DNA from: Octopus vulgaris
Lineage: Eukaryota
Direction: 5' to 3'
NCBI GenBank assembly: GCA_951406725.2
Contig: OX597824.1
Span: 48,546,001 to 48,610,000 of the forward strand
DNA length: 64,000 bases
The notes under the pieces are model-generated. The model searched no databases and was not told the DNA's origin. It saw nothing but the letters and a program-made list of their open reading frames with translations. Of this stretch, positions 14,613-29,415 are shown piece by piece; position 1 is the first letter of the stretch; each line of letters starts with the position of its first letter. Both the position numbers and the translations under genes were made by a program.

Positions 14613-15007
14613 CATGTACATACATACATGCATACATACATACATACATACATACATACATACATACATACATACATACATACATACATAATACATACAT
14701 ACATAAAGAGGCACACATGCACATGCACACACATACATGTCTATATATATGTATGAATATATATGTATATATATATATATAATATATACATATATGTATA
14801 CACACACACATACATGTATATACATATATGTATACACACACACATACATGTATACAGTTATGCATGTATTATGTACATATGTGCATTTTTGTGCGTGTGT
14901 TTCTATCAATACACACGATAGAAAATGGCAGCCGGAAATGACCACCAAGGAAATGTTTAACAAAGCCTTCATGCTTTTATAAATAATGGTTTTTATCATA
15001 TGTATCT

Positions 15008-15082
<75 letters not shown>

Positions 15083-15412
15083 CCTTTTCTATTTATGACG
15101 GATTCCAGGTGCTGCTCACAAATATTACAGAATGGTTTTTAAAAAAAATCAATAGAATCTTAACCAATGAGGTTATGTGATTTGGAGAGACAGCTGTACA
15201 CTAAGGCAGATAAAGTCAGGTGGTGCCAGCTGGATTACATCCACTTTCTGATGACTGAAGATCTACGCAAGCCTTGTAAGATATTTACTTGCTTTTGGGG
15301 ATGGTGGTTTAGTATTCTAACGGGTGCGAGCTTTACAGTGTATCTACGAATAATTGTCTTGGAAACAAGAATTTTTGCAAGTTTTCATTTACTTTTATGC
15401 ACGTACAGTCTC

Positions 15413-15799
15413 TCTATATATAAAGCTGAAGTTTTCTGTGTATGGCAGGTTTGGTAGCTTTCAACTAACACTGTCTCCTCCGAGACCCTGCGGTGCAAGT
15501 TGACTAAAATTGAGAGTGTGGTAGAAGAAGGTTTGCTCTTCCTTCTGTAGAAGAAAAAGTTCAAATCCGACCATGTTAACGCCAAAAATTATTTACATCA
15601 ATAGGTGCTTTTTTTCTATAAAAATCCCTATTTTTTACGATTTTTTGACTGCTTTGTCGCCATTTTTCGGTGTATTTCAACCAGAAAAATGTTCACTTAA
15701 AGAGAATAACAAGCTACATAATGCAAAATTTTTACTTTTCAAAAATTCCAATTCTAAAGGGTCGAAACAAACCCGAGCAACGCCGGGCGATACTGCTAG
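15413..15799 (+). mobile_element. Non-autonomous Helitron
   Basis: 5' TCTATATATAAAG; 3' GC hairpin cccgagcaacgccggg followed by CTAG|T. Confidence 0.8.
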
Positions 15800-15949
15800 T
15801 AGTAGATGAAACTATGTCCTTGACCTTCTGTATTCTCACTGAAGCTGATCAGATTAATGCGGCTAATGTTCAGTTTAAGCATATGTTATTTGACATCGGT
15901 TAGGAAAACATGGTTGGCGGACGGGAGGATGGGTGGGGGTGAGGGGGGA

Positions 15950-16144
15950 TGGGATTCTTGACGTTAGATATTCTTTGGATGAAGGGTTGTTGAGCGACGT
16001 GTTTGAGGAGTAAGGTTCAATGAGGATTGGCGTGTGGAAAAGAGGTGAGTGCTCGGATCCGTGTGGAAGCGAAACATGCTATTAGCTAGTTAAGAGAAGT
16101 AGAGTCCGTGGCAGAAACTGTAGAATAGGTAGTGAAAGAGGCAG
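15950..16144 (-). mobile_element. Possible old CR1/Jockey-group LINE 3' fragment
   Basis: Minus-strand translation LFYSFCHGLYFS*LAN..PFIQRIS resembles the LFYRYxHGxCSxEL..SFFPRT motif; very degenerate. Confidence 0.3.
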
Positions 16145-16186
16145 TTGTTGTTGTTGTTGTTGTTGATGATGATGACGGTGATGATG

Positions 16187-16217
<31 letters not shown>

Positions 16218-16300
16218 TGGTGGTGATGATGGTAATTATGACGACAACGATGATAATGGTGATTCTGATGATGATGATAATGATGATGAGGATGATGATG

Positions 16301-16349
<49 letters not shown>

Positions 16350-16939
16350 CGAGGATGACGATGATGACGATGATGACCACGACGACGACGACGAAGATGA
16401 TGATGATGATGATGAGGATGAGGATGATGATGATGGTGATGATGGTGATGATGACGATGATGATGGTAATTCTGATAATGACGATGATGGTATGTTTATC
16501 CCAGGCGAGCCCAGATCGAGTAGAAACCTAAGCTCATACCTTCCAACTGTGCGGTGTTGTCTTTGTTTTCTTTATGCCCAGAAAACTCATGAAAATATTA
16601 CGCAGTGTGCCTTCTTCTAAGAAAGTAAGGCGTGATTTGAGAGTATTTGGGTGCTTTTTCTAGAAGTTCCAATAATCACATAGAGATTCCCTAATCGACT
16701 CGTGGGGACAAGGATTGAAGTTCGTTGGTGAATGAACCTGGGATGAGATCTATGATATGCTGTGTATGTGTATGTATGCATGCTAGTGTAAGTGGGCATT
16801 TATGTGTATGCGCATGTATGGTTTTGTGTGTGTGTGTATATGTGTGCATGTTTCTATGTATATGTGTATGAATGTGTGTATGTGCACGTGTGTGTAGCAG
16901 CAGCACTATGCTAGATGCGGGGAAAATTATGGATATACA

Positions 16940-17126
16940 GGTGCAGGCGTGGCTGTGTGGTAAGATATTTGCTTCCTAACCACATGATTCCGGGTTCAGT
17001 CCTACTGCATGACATCTTGGACAGGTGTCATCTACAGCAGCCTCAGGCCAACGAAAGCCTCAAGACTGGATTCGGTAGACGGAAACTAAAAGAAGCCGGT
17101 CGTATGCACACACACATGCATGTGTG

Positions 17127-17189
<63 letters not shown>

Positions 17190-17390
17190 ATGTGCCCCAT
17201 CACCGTCGCTTAACAGCTGGTGTTGGTGTGTTTATATCCCCGTCACTTAGCAGTTCAGTAAAAGGGACCGCTGGAATAAGCACCAGGCTTTGCAAAAAGA
17301 TAGGTAATAGGGGCGATTTATTCACCTAAAAGCTCTTCAAGGAGGTGCCCCAGTATGGCCGAAGTCTAATGACTGAAACAAATAAAATAT
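16940..17390 (+). mobile_element. SINE family A
   Basis: Full-length match to family A, from ggctgtgtggtaag to atgactgaaaca. Confidence 0.8.
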
Positions 17391-17969
17391 AAAATATAGA
17401 AGATACAGAATCTGATCTATGCAACGCTGGAGAATTGTGTTGTGGTGACAGGTATTGACTGTTAATATATTTATTACTATTGGGTGGTGTTAATAATGGA
17501 GTGTGTGTGTGTAAGTACGGAAGTGTAATATATCGGTGACGGATGGAAGAACAACTTTGTTAAATGGCTGAGGATAGTGTCGTCTGTTGAATACAGTGTT
17601 ATTGGCGGTTGATGGTGATTAGAGAATGATGATAGTTGTAAATATAGTGGCGTTAATAGCAGTAGAATGTGTGTGAACGATGGAGGCTAGTTGTGGGTGA
17701 GGTCGAATTTATGCAACCTTGTCAATGATTGGAGATGGTTCCAAGTTGTCGAATAACAAAAGGGTGGTGACAAATAACAGTGGGTGGTAGTGGTGGCTGG
17801 AAACGGATCCATGTAAAGATAAGGAACGATGATGAATCCATGTAATAGAAGTAAATGTTGATCAGATACGAAGGTGAGTGATGGTCTGTGTTTGACGGCA
17901 GCAGATAATGGTGGTGTAAAAGGTAAAGCTGGACAGCAGTAGAAAGTCGCGGAAGTGAGGCATTACAAC

Positions 17970-18145
17970 AGAAAAACTGGTTGTCGGCGAAAGGTAACGC
18001 ATAATGACGGACGGAGACAGACGGTAAACGGACAGTGGCGGATCGTGAATGTTGATAAACGGTGAAAGATGTCTGCATTGGCAACGAACAGTAACGGACA
18101 GTAACGAATAAATAGCGAATGGTTGCAGCTGAAACTAACTACTGT
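17970..18145 (+). mobile_element. Terminal fragment of the maT-like element family (inverted relative to 12729-12890)
   Basis: gtaacgaataaatagcgaatggttg.a.ctgaaactaact is the reverse complement of 12729-12770, with homology over ~160 bp. Confidence 0.65.
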
Positions 18146-18405
18146 TGTCAATGTATGGGAATGTTAAGAAGTCAACAGTTTGCTGGCAAATCGTACCAGA
18201 CGGCTCGTAGGAGCAAACCATTCCGTTCTCTCCAGTTGTGTTTGCCATTAACTCCTTCTTATCGTTCTACATTTTTCTTTCTTTCTTTCTCATCCTATAT
18301 TTATCTAACAATCCTCATCTCTTCAGACGTTCCTTTCGCCAATCTCTTCCTCTCGTCTCTTTCTAATTTTCTGTTTCAATTCTCTTCTCTTTGTTTATAA
18401 ATTAG

Positions 18406-18440
<35 letters not shown>

Positions 18441-19216
18441 CTGTCATTCGTTCTCTTCTCCCACTCTCTCTTTTTCTGTATCTATTTAACCCAAACGCTA
18501 TTACAGCGATGTATATTTCTTTTTAAATTTCCCCTCACCTCTCCTTCATCTAACTATCTATCAACCACTTTTACTCTCATCCCTTCTCTCTCTCTCTCTC
18601 CCTCTCCCTCCTTCCTCTCAATTTAAATATCTCCTATTGTATTTATTACTTCCCTCTTCTTCCTTACTAGCTCTGTTCGCCATTCCAGTCCTTCTTTTTC
18701 CCATCTCTTCCACCCTCTCCTCGCTATATGTCTGTGTTATTGAGTGCGTATTAACCGCGATATGGATGAGTATATTTGTGTTTTTGGTTTTAACGTGTGT
18801 GTATATGTGTGTACATGTGTGTGTGTGTACATGTGTGTATGTGCGCGTGTGTGTATTTACCTTTACTAATATTTTGGAATATGTACTAATTGGGGTAATA
18901 TCTACAGATTGATTAGCCTCAGTTCAATTCGGATCGAGTAGATGTACGGTCAATGGTGCTCCAACCATGACCATGCTGTCCTTTTCCTCAGAACTACATG
19001 ATACAACTTGCTCTTTTCTATTACAGTATGCTGTCATTTGAGAGAGATTTAGCTGTTATTTCTAGTAGGTCTAGTAGGTCAAACGACCATGTAGATATTC
19101 CCTCCTTGGCTTGGTGTATGTATACGGGTGGTGCAATGTATGCGCGTGGAATGGGTGCATGTGCGTCATCGAGAACGCAAGATTCAACAGTAAGGATACT
19201 TGCCTAATAATGTACG

Positions 19217-19339
19217 CACAAGGGTTTGGTCGGCCCGAGGCTATAGCAGAAGACACTTGCCCAAGGTGCCACACAGGGTGATTGAACCCAGAACCATGTA
19301 GTTGGTAAGCAAGCTACTTACCATACAGCAACTCCTTCG

Positions 19340-19378
<39 letters not shown>

Positions 19379-19775
19379 TATCTTTTATTGTTTACTTGTT
19401 TCAGTCATTAGACTGTGGCCATGCTGGGGCACCGCCTTGAAGAATTTTTAGTTGAATGACTCAACCCCAATACTTATTTTTTGCTGAGCCTGGTACTTTT
19501 TTGCTGGACTCTTTTCCTGAACCGCTAGAAGACGAGGACGTAAACACTCCAACACCGGTTGTCAAGCGGTGGTGAGGGACAAACACAGGCACAAAGACGC
19601 GCACACACACACACATATATACGACGGGTTTCTTCCAGTTTTTGTCTACCAAATTCACTCACAAGGCTTTGGTCGGCCCGAGGATACAGAAGACATCCGC
19701 CCAAGGTGTCACGCAGCGGGACTGAACCCAGAACCATGTGGTTGAGAAACAAGCTTCTCACCACACATAGCCTGC

Positions 19776-19777
<2 letters not shown>
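19217..19777 (-). mobile_element. Two SINE family A copies (5' half 19217-19341; full 19382-19777)
   Basis: Clear homology to 46088-46510. Confidence 0.8.
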
Positions 19778-19814
<37 letters not shown>

Positions 19815-19832
19815 ATTAATATTTGAATACAT

Positions 19833-20188
19833 ACAGATGGGTCAAAAGTCACGCACAAAATAAGTTCAACACATTCCGGGTATAGTCAGACATGCTTCAA
19901 TTTTTCTACAAGTAAATGAAATAAATAAAATAATGCTGAAGACACGCGCTTGTACATGATGAATAAAATGAATAATAATTATGGTAATAACAATAATTCT
20001 TTCTACTGAAGGCTGAAGGCTTTGAAATTTTGTGGGAGGGGACTAGTCGATTACCTCGAACCCCAGTGTTTCACTGATTCTTAATTTATTGACCCCAAAA
20101 GGATGAAAAGCAAAGTCGACCTCGGTGGAATTTGAACTCAGAACATAAAGACAGACGAAATACTTCTAAGCCAGCCCGCCGCCTTAAA

Positions 20189-20230
<42 letters not shown>

Positions 20231-20322
20231 CATAATAATAATAATAATAATAATGATAATAATAAGAGCGTAATATAAATAAAATGTCAAATGTTTTGGT
20301 ACGTGACTTTTGTCCCACCCAG
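19833..20322. mobile_element. Tc1-type MITE with nested SINE B (19995-20184, minus)
   Basis: Imperfect TIRs ta-cagatgggtcaaaagtcacgcacaaaa / ttttggtacgtgacttttgtcccacccag-ta. A second right end of the same family lies at ~21308-21362. Confidence 0.55.
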
Positions 20323-20413
20323 TATGTACAAGCGTGTATGTTTATGAGCGTGCGTGCGTGTATTTGTGTGCGTGTATATATGTGTGTGTGTGTGTGCGTG
20401 CTTTGCGTGCTTG

Positions 20414-20471
<58 letters not shown>

Positions 20472-21779
20472 TGTGTGTGTGAGTGTGTGTGTGTGTGTGT
20501 GTGTGCGTGCGTGCGTGCGTGTGCGGTGTCTTAATTTCTGTACATCAATTTCATGAAGGATAAATCCACAGCAACACAAACAGATCTGAGTTTTCAAATA
20601 CGACGGAGTTCTTTAATTGATCAAACATTGACGCCACTTTTCATCTTTGATAAAGCTGTAATAGCAATGCAACTGGCACTATGTACCCTTGTTGCACACA
20701 AGCATTAGATTCTTCAAACTACACTCTAGCACTGCTTTCGTACTTTATGATTTCTGTACATAAAACACATAGGCGCTTGATTATAAAGATGTTCTCTGTA
20801 CCCGTCTGCAGCACCCAGTATAACCCTATTACCTGGTATCTCGCGTGCCTTTAACGAAGTTCATTCTGTTTTAAGTATTCGAGTCACAACTCCGGTCTGA
20901 GGATGTCTTGCTTCCTCCCTACAGTCTCGGAGTCCCTGTAAACGGTCAAAAGTCTAGGGCACTGCCTTCCCTCATGACTAAAAGATGATAAAGGGATTAA
21001 AATGTTTGAATCGCAACCACGTCGACTTGAACTCGATTCCATTGTGGCATGACAGACAAGTACCGTTTTACCATACATGTGGGCTGATTCTCATCCTCTT
21101 GGCGGAAATTGTGTAGAAAGCCGTCGGATGGACTATTGAGCGTGTTTAAAGGTATTGTCCCGTTACATTTTGCCCCAGCGTGGATTCATCAAGGACATAA
21201 GTTACTTCGGAATTCTTAGCCATTTGCTCTCATCAAAAGAACCGGTAATGTAGTTGATGGGACAATAGAAGAGTCGTCGTCGAATGATAATAATAATAAC
21301 AACAACATTAATGTAAATAAAATGTCAGATGTTTTGGCACGTGACTTTCATGCCACCTAGTATGTGCATGCGCGGAGATACCTTATCAATAAATCCTGAA
21401 TTTGGTATTGTCACGAAAATATCAGAAACCTACAGCTTTGGTAAATCAAAGCAGATATCGATGGGTATTTTTGCTAATTGACTTCAAAGGGTCGGAGACT
21501 ACATTTTGTTATGTTCATTGCCTTTTCGAAAAGGTGAAATAGCTACTGCCTGGTAAAAAAAAAAGGGAAAAAAAACTATTGGTTCGGATGATACCCTGCT
21601 CGTCAACTATTAGTAACAAAACCAATTGTAATTTTCACTGCCTTCTTTGTCAAATTCCCAAAGAAAAGATTCTTGGATACCACACTACGCATACCAACAT
21701 CAGAGCACATTAACTACTTTCTTCTTTAAATTATAAGCGGCCGAAATGGTCCCTGGAGTCACGTTACTCGACAGGGAAC

Positions 21780-22100
21780 ATAGCTGGGAGATCAGAGACC
21801 ATCTCCAGGTCTAGCCCATTTTTCGCATTGAGGGTTCACAGCCCCGGCATTACGGACGTATGATGAGAATGTCGAAGGGAAGAATCTCAAGACGAAATCC
21901 TCAAGCCGAATCAACGGGTAGGAGACCTGAAGGTAGACCATGAATGAGGTAGTTGGACAATATCCATAATCTCAGTTGATCTCGCTTGTGAATCCCGGCT
22001 GGAAAGTCTGATAACAATTGCTTCTGATGGGGCCCTATTAATGAGGTGATTGAAGACTACCACCACAAGCCTGTTACGGATAATGAGCGGAGAAGAGGGA
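21780..22100 (+). mobile_element. RTE LINE 3' fragment (degenerate)
   Basis: Translation HYGRMMRM..GRRPEGRP*MR*LDNI corresponds to the RTE RWxGHVxRM..GxRxRGRPxxRWxDxI motif. Confidence 0.6.
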
Positions 22101-22389
22101 GGGAGTCTTCACAATGTTACACGTAGAACGTTGAATTGCTGAATGGCACTGACTAGAATGCTTCGCGGCATTTGTCCTGACACATGTGCTCTGAGTTCAA
22201 ATATTATCGAGGTGAACTTTGCTTTTCACATTTTCGAGGACGATAAAAAAGTACCACTCCAGTGTGGGCGACTGGAAGAACTGTAAGAACGTTGGACTGG
22301 ATGCTTCTTAGTAATTGTTCTACTCTTTTGCGCTCTGAGTTCAAATCCTGTAGAGAAGATGGATGGATGAATGATATTCCTTTGGATGG

Positions 22390-22960
22390 TGAACCGAACA
22401 TTTCCAATAGCACAAATTTCGCCCAATCATGAGGATTCGCTGGAAGGACTATGTTACCAAAGAAGAGATTCTTCTCCGAGTCGGACTGTCCAGCATTGAA
22501 GCTACCAAAGCACGACGACGCCTCCTCGGGTCGAGACAGATCATACGTGTGCCTCAAATGCGCTTCCCTCGTTAACTCTTCTTTGTAGAGTTGGCTTCAG
22601 GCACCAGACCAAGCGGAGCCCCCAAATTCCGTATGCGAAATCAGCTCAAGGCCACTCTCCTCCGCTGCTGCATTGACCCGAATACCTGGGATATAATCGT
22701 CAGGTACTGCCTAAGGTCCGTTCAAGGGAACTGACCAGATGGAAATAACAGATGTCAAGAAGCACTGATCAGAGGTCAAAGACACAAAGAGCGACTTGAA
22801 CTTTCTCGCCCTCGGCCAACCCTCTCCTGCGATAAATGCCCCGGATCTTCTCTACTACCTTAGGCCTGAACAGGTACCGGCACCTTTCGCACCCATCAAG
22901 ATGAAAAAGTTCAATCACTGGTTACAGATTAACTACTCGGATACGAGTTAATGCCGACAT
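22390..22960 (+). mobile_element. RTE-BovB LINE 3' fragment (degenerate)
   Basis: IMRIRWKDYVTKEEILLRVGLSSIEA..LFFVELASGTRPSGAPKFRMRNQLKATL..IDPNTW; ends with stem-loop ctcg-gata-cgag. Confidence 0.75.
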
Positions 22961-23848
22961 GACACAACAAAGTCGCGAAAGACTGATGGCATGTATATTA
23001 GACTAACTCCCTGTCTGTCAGTGTATATATTTATCTATCGCTCTGTCTGCCTATATACCGATCTATGTTTTTACCTACAGAATTTCTTGGCAGATAACCT
23101 TGCAGAACATCATGAAATATGCCGCTTGTGAGCTCATATTCAATCATACGAACGATACCTTGTTATTCAAAGAAGCAGCGTCACTGCTGTGTGCTTGTGT
23201 AGCGTGTATGAGTATGTGTGAGTGTGTGAGTGTGTGTGTATGTGTGTGTGTGTGTGTGTGGTAGGTGCGAAGGTAATTTGGTTTATGTCAGATACATTGA
23301 GAGCATTTTTGCTTTTGTTTCCTATTAACCACATTTTGTTTTTATTCAGGCATATTTTTCATTCAGAGTTTGTCTAGCAATGGTCAACAGATTTTTCACA
23401 TACCTAACCCAAAGTACCCACCTACACAATCACATTACAGAGGTGTAACTATGTACATATAAATATGTGAGTGTGCACATGTGTTTTATCTGTGTGTGTG
23501 TGTGTAATGTGCCCGTGTGTATGTGAGTATATCTCTATGTGTATATTTAGATGTGCATGTCTTCAAGTGGGCATATGTGTCTGTCTATCAGGAGGTGTCT
23601 TATATAGTCTATGTTAATGATGGAGATGTATGTGTGTAAGCGTTACAGAAAGAAAGACAGAAAGGAAGAAGCAGACAGGTGCAATGATAGTGACATATAT
23701 AAATTGGTAGAGAGGCGGACATGCATGTATGTATGTATGTATGTTGGCAGGTAGGTGAATTGATGACAGACTAGAGAGGGAGACAAAGTAAGGAAGATTG
23801 CGAAACACACATACGTACTCCCACACACACATACACAAACACACACAC

Positions 23849-23910
<62 letters not shown>

Positions 23911-24032
23911 ACACACACATACACACATAAACACACGAACATGGAATCGTTATGTACGAAAAGTGTGACAACTCGAGCGCTGAGAGGTATGTATAGAAGT
24001 GTGTGAGTATATATATATATATTAAATATACT

Positions 24033-24074
<42 letters not shown>

Positions 24075-24474
24075 TGTATATATATATACATATATATACA
24101 TAAATATGTGTGTGTGTATATATATATCAACATTATACACATATTAGTCGTACATAAATATATACAATCATGCTCACACATACACACATACACGTTTGTA
24201 TGGTGACAGAGTTGGCATATCTCTATATTTATATATGTGCGTATATGCATGTGTGTGTTTATGTGTGTATGTGTTTGTGTGTGTGTGTGCGCGTGAGCGC
24301 TTGTGTGTATATGTGTGGGTGCAAGCGTGTGAAAAAGACAGAAAATACACAAAATGAGAAATAGAACTAAAAACACTCACACATATACACATACATATAC
24401 ATACATATATATAGACACACATACATACACACTCACCTATATATATGTGTATGTATATAAATATATAAATATAA

Positions 24475-24506
<32 letters not shown>

Positions 24507-24508
24507 TC

Positions 24509-24545
<37 letters not shown>

Positions 24546-24969
24546 CATTCATACACATACACACACATACATATAAATACATACGAACACTCATATACAT
24601 AAACAGGTACATTGCAATCCTTGCCGTAGAGGAAGTAGAAAAAAAAACAAAAAATATTTAAAAAATGAGAAGAGATACTAAGAAAAAAGGAGAGAGTGTG
24701 AGAAAAACAGATGGTTAGATACGGAAATAGACTTACATAAAGGCACGAAGAAAAATGGAGAAGAAGAGGAGGAAATGACATGCCTGAGGCAGTGAGCCAA
24801 CTCTGGGAGAAAAGGTGTTTGGTTGATGGAGTGATAGAGATAGGTATGTCTGTGTAAGTGGAATGGATATATGTGTGTGTGTGTGTGTACAGAGAGAGAG
24901 GGAGGATAAAGAGATACAGAGAAAAGATAGATAGATAGATAGATACATACATACATACATACATACATA

Positions 24970-25027
<58 letters not shown>

Positions 25028-25264
25028 CAGACAGAGAGAGAGAAAATATATATATACATATATAAACATATATATAAATATATATGTATGTGTATATAAA
25101 TGTGTATATGTACTTAAACATACATGCATACACACACATAATTCTTTTAGAAAGACTGAATCTCGAAGCAGATAAAGCTATAAATAATAGCGTGTAAATA
25201 TTGACTTAAAACCCCTTTGGTCAGAAAAGTTGAAGACTGCCCGTGAGACACGAACACACACCTG

Positions 25265-25324
<60 letters not shown>

Positions 25325-25567
25325 ACAGAATATATATATATATTGCTTTTACTAGTTTGAACCAGAGGCTTTGGCCATGCTAGGGCACCACCATTGGTGT
25401 TATTGTTAGTTCCTTTCACTCCATTTCAACGGCACACACACACCCTGTTGTTGGTTTTAACTGAATGAGGGAATTGGACAAGGCTACTTTTGGGGGTTCT
25501 TTCTTATTGGTTGATCTGGTATTTCGTACAAAAATTTATCCTAATATTTTTTTTACAATTCAGCCAC

Positions 25568-25665
<98 letters not shown>

Positions 25666-25681
25666 ATATGTGTGTGTGCGT

Positions 25682-25724
<43 letters not shown>

Positions 25725-26356
25725 TTCGTATACACATATGTGTATGTATGTATGTATGTATGTATGTATGTATGTATGTATGTATGTATGTATGTATGTA
25801 TGTATGCATGCATGCATGTATGTATGCCTGTTTGTGTACGTGTGATCAAATGTCCGCTTGTGGAGCGAAGAGAATATATATAAATGATCTATATATACAT
25901 GGACATCTATAAGGGTAGATAAACCGGATGGCTGACTGATTTTACTTCGTCGAATATCATCGTATATATACCTTACAGTGAAATATGCAATATAGTAGAA
26001 CACATAACGCAACATGTAATACAATTTAGTCCACAGTGTACTATGTAACATAGTACCATGTAATTGCTTAGAAACATATGCTTATTTCGATTTCTTATTC
26101 CTACTTCCACCCCAGAATCTTTCACTTTTTCTCTATTCCTGTCTTGTCTTATGTTTTTTTTCCTTTCGCGTTTCTTTCTAATTTGTCGTCTGTGAGTAAA
26201 ATACAAAAGCGATGAGAAATCCGAGTGCGAGTCGAAAACTGAATGATTGTGGATGTATGTGAACATATGTATATATGCGTATGTGTATGTGTGTGCATGT
26301 ATGTTTGTGTATAAATATATAAATACACACACACACACATATGTTAATATATATTC

Positions 26357-26444
<88 letters not shown>

Positions 26445-26464
26445 GCTAGCTATCTATCTGTCTG

Positions 26465-26536
<72 letters not shown>

Positions 26537-27206
26537 AACACACACACAGATACTTTATACATCTATGTATTTATATATCTATACATCCATCGATCCAGCT
26601 ATCTACGCATCAATCGACCGATCAATCAATCAATCTATATGTATGTATATATGTGTGTATGTGTCTATCTATCTGTCTGTCAGACTGTCTGTCTGGCTAT
26701 CTATCTTTATGTGTGTGAGTGTGTGCGTGTATGTATGTATGTACAAAAGTATAGAGGGAGAGGGAGAGAGAGAGTGTGTGTATGTGTGTGTACGCGCGTA
26801 TGTGTGTGCGCGCGTGTTACCGTTATTGTGTACATGTGTGTGCCAATGGGAGAGAGAGAAAAAGGGGAGAGAAAGAGAGAGAGAAAGAGAAAGCGAGAAA
26901 GAGAGAGCAGGTATTGAAAGATAGAAAAGAACTGTGTGTGTATGTGTGTCATAGAAGGAGAGGGGGAGAAAGGGACGGAGGGAATGAGAGAGAAAGAGAG
27001 AGAGAAGAAGAGAGAGAAAAAGAAAAAGAGAGAGTGAGAAAGAGAGAGAGTCTTTGTGAAGCAGACACGGCCTTGCTGTAGCTGCTGATTGCTTAAGTTG
27101 CTTCTACCGTTTTCAGTTGGAGATTCCACGACTCGCAGAAACTCACAACTACTAAAAATGAAGCAAAAGAAAAACAGCAAACAATTAAAAACATGATGAT
27201 ATGTTC

Positions 27207-27264
<58 letters not shown>

Positions 27265-27300
27265 TTGATGATGATGATGATGATGATGATGATAGTAATA

Positions 27301-27348
<48 letters not shown>

Positions 27349-27366
27349 GTAGTAATAATGATGATG

Positions 27367-27423
<57 letters not shown>

Positions 27424-27752
27424 GTAATTTTCTGCCGTTTTCCCCACCGATCCAGCCTTTCTTTTTATGAACCCAATTTAACGCAGTTTTAATTTTTACC
27501 TTGCCAGTTCCTGCTTAATACGAATATGTTAGACAGACATTATTAAGGTTAGCCTAGTAAACAGTAAATAAATATATGCGTTGTTCCACATTGAAGCATG
27601 ACGGTAACAATATTTATACAATGTGGCCTTTCTCCTCTCCACCCACACACAAATACTTATCACATATACCTATGTGTATGTGTGTATGTGCATTTGTGTG
27701 CACACAATATATATATATATATATACATACATACATACATACATATACGTAC

Positions 27753-27803
<51 letters not shown>

Positions 27804-27811
27804 TTTATATA

Positions 27812-27842
<31 letters not shown>

Positions 27843-28844
27843 CTGTGTGTGTATATATATGTATATATATATATATATGTGTGTGTCTCTGTGTGTGTGT
27901 GTGTACATTTATATAAATATATATAGATATATCTATATATATATATATATAAATGTATACATAGATACATACACACACATGTACATTTAGATATATACAT
28001 ATATGAATTATATTTTTTGCTTACTTGATAAAAATGTTTGAAGTCTATATTTATACAATTATGATGCATTGCTACTGTATGGCCACAAGTCCAATGACAG
28101 AAATCAGTAAAGATAATAAAAAAAATAAATGACAAGTGTATATTTGCTCATAATCTAAAAGATGTCGGTCTTCATTCTTCTACTCAGTTCGGTTTTCAGT
28201 CAAATATATTACTGAAAATTTATGTTTAAGATATTGGTAGTGTTTATCGTACTCTTCCGTGTCTCTTGAATTTCATTTCGTTTGTTCTCGCTAGAATGTT
28301 GTTCTGTATTGGTACCAACCTTACTTTTTAAATAGCCATTGCGAAAGCCTGTCTACTTCAATGTCAAATCCATGTTGTTATATGAAACATGTTTAGATTT
28401 GAATTGTATTGCTTTTGGTTTTCCTTCTTTGCTGTTCTTTTTTTTATTTCTTCCTTTAGCTTTATTCTTCTATGAGAAAATCCCTTAAAACCATTAACAA
28501 ACTCAACGCTGATTTAAATCAAATTGAAAATTGAAGAAAATGGATACAAGCAGACGAGAAATGCACACGATACGGACCAAATAGAAATGCAGACGATACG
28601 TACCAAACACTTCTTTCAAAAGCTTTTTACAGTTGGCCGGATTGGAGCCGGACATTTTGAAAGGAAAATAATGTACCAAATCAAATTTATTTATTTATTT
28701 TATTTAGGTTTTCCTTTCGGGAACAATTCTTAACAGGAATACAAGTATCTATATTTCTTCTTTTCAGTATTCATTTCTATACCATCACACACTGATTGAT
28801 ATGCATATATATGTACGTCAGCTAAACACCGAATACAATAATTC

Positions 28845-28918
<74 letters not shown>

Positions 28919-29168
28919 GTATGTATAAACATAAATATGTATATACTTACATATACATACATATTTATGTACGCATACTCGCTTATTCTTATATTCTGTA
29001 ATACTACATAGACTGCTAACTTACGCTATAGCATATACGGAGATATCACACAGCAGCTTCAACGGGAAATATCACAGTGATTTACACACTATAATTATTA
29101 TTATGTATCTTATATATCATTTTTTCAGTCATTTGGTAACATCTTAGTATCTGATACTTTCTAAATTA

Positions 29169-29244
<76 letters not shown>

Positions 29245-29415
29245 TATATATATGTGAAATTGTTTTCAAATTAAACAAACATTAAAAGGGTAGGCTCTGC
29301 TTTAGAACTTAATTTAAGGCAGCGAGAGTTATGTTAGGGCTGACCTAAGGCAAAACAACAACATAGAAGTATGACAAAAATGACTGTCGGATGAAACGAA
29401 AATGTAAAATAATAA

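Noticed and set aside
16132-16620. Asp-rich 162-aa ORF resembling an acidic biomineral protein
   Set aside because: Degenerate (GAT)n microsatellite with no signal peptide or splice context.
22141-22165. aatggcactg resembling the miR-263/183 seed
   Set aside because: Lies within a decayed SINE B head and has no precursor hairpin.
27193-27492. Poly-N/D and poly-H/Y ORFs
   Set aside because: Compound AAT/GAT microsatellite.
28358-28408. Imperfect AT-rich hairpin (tcaaatc/gatttga, catgtt/aacatg)
   Set aside because: Weak pairing expected by chance in AT-rich DNA; no known miRNA match recognised.
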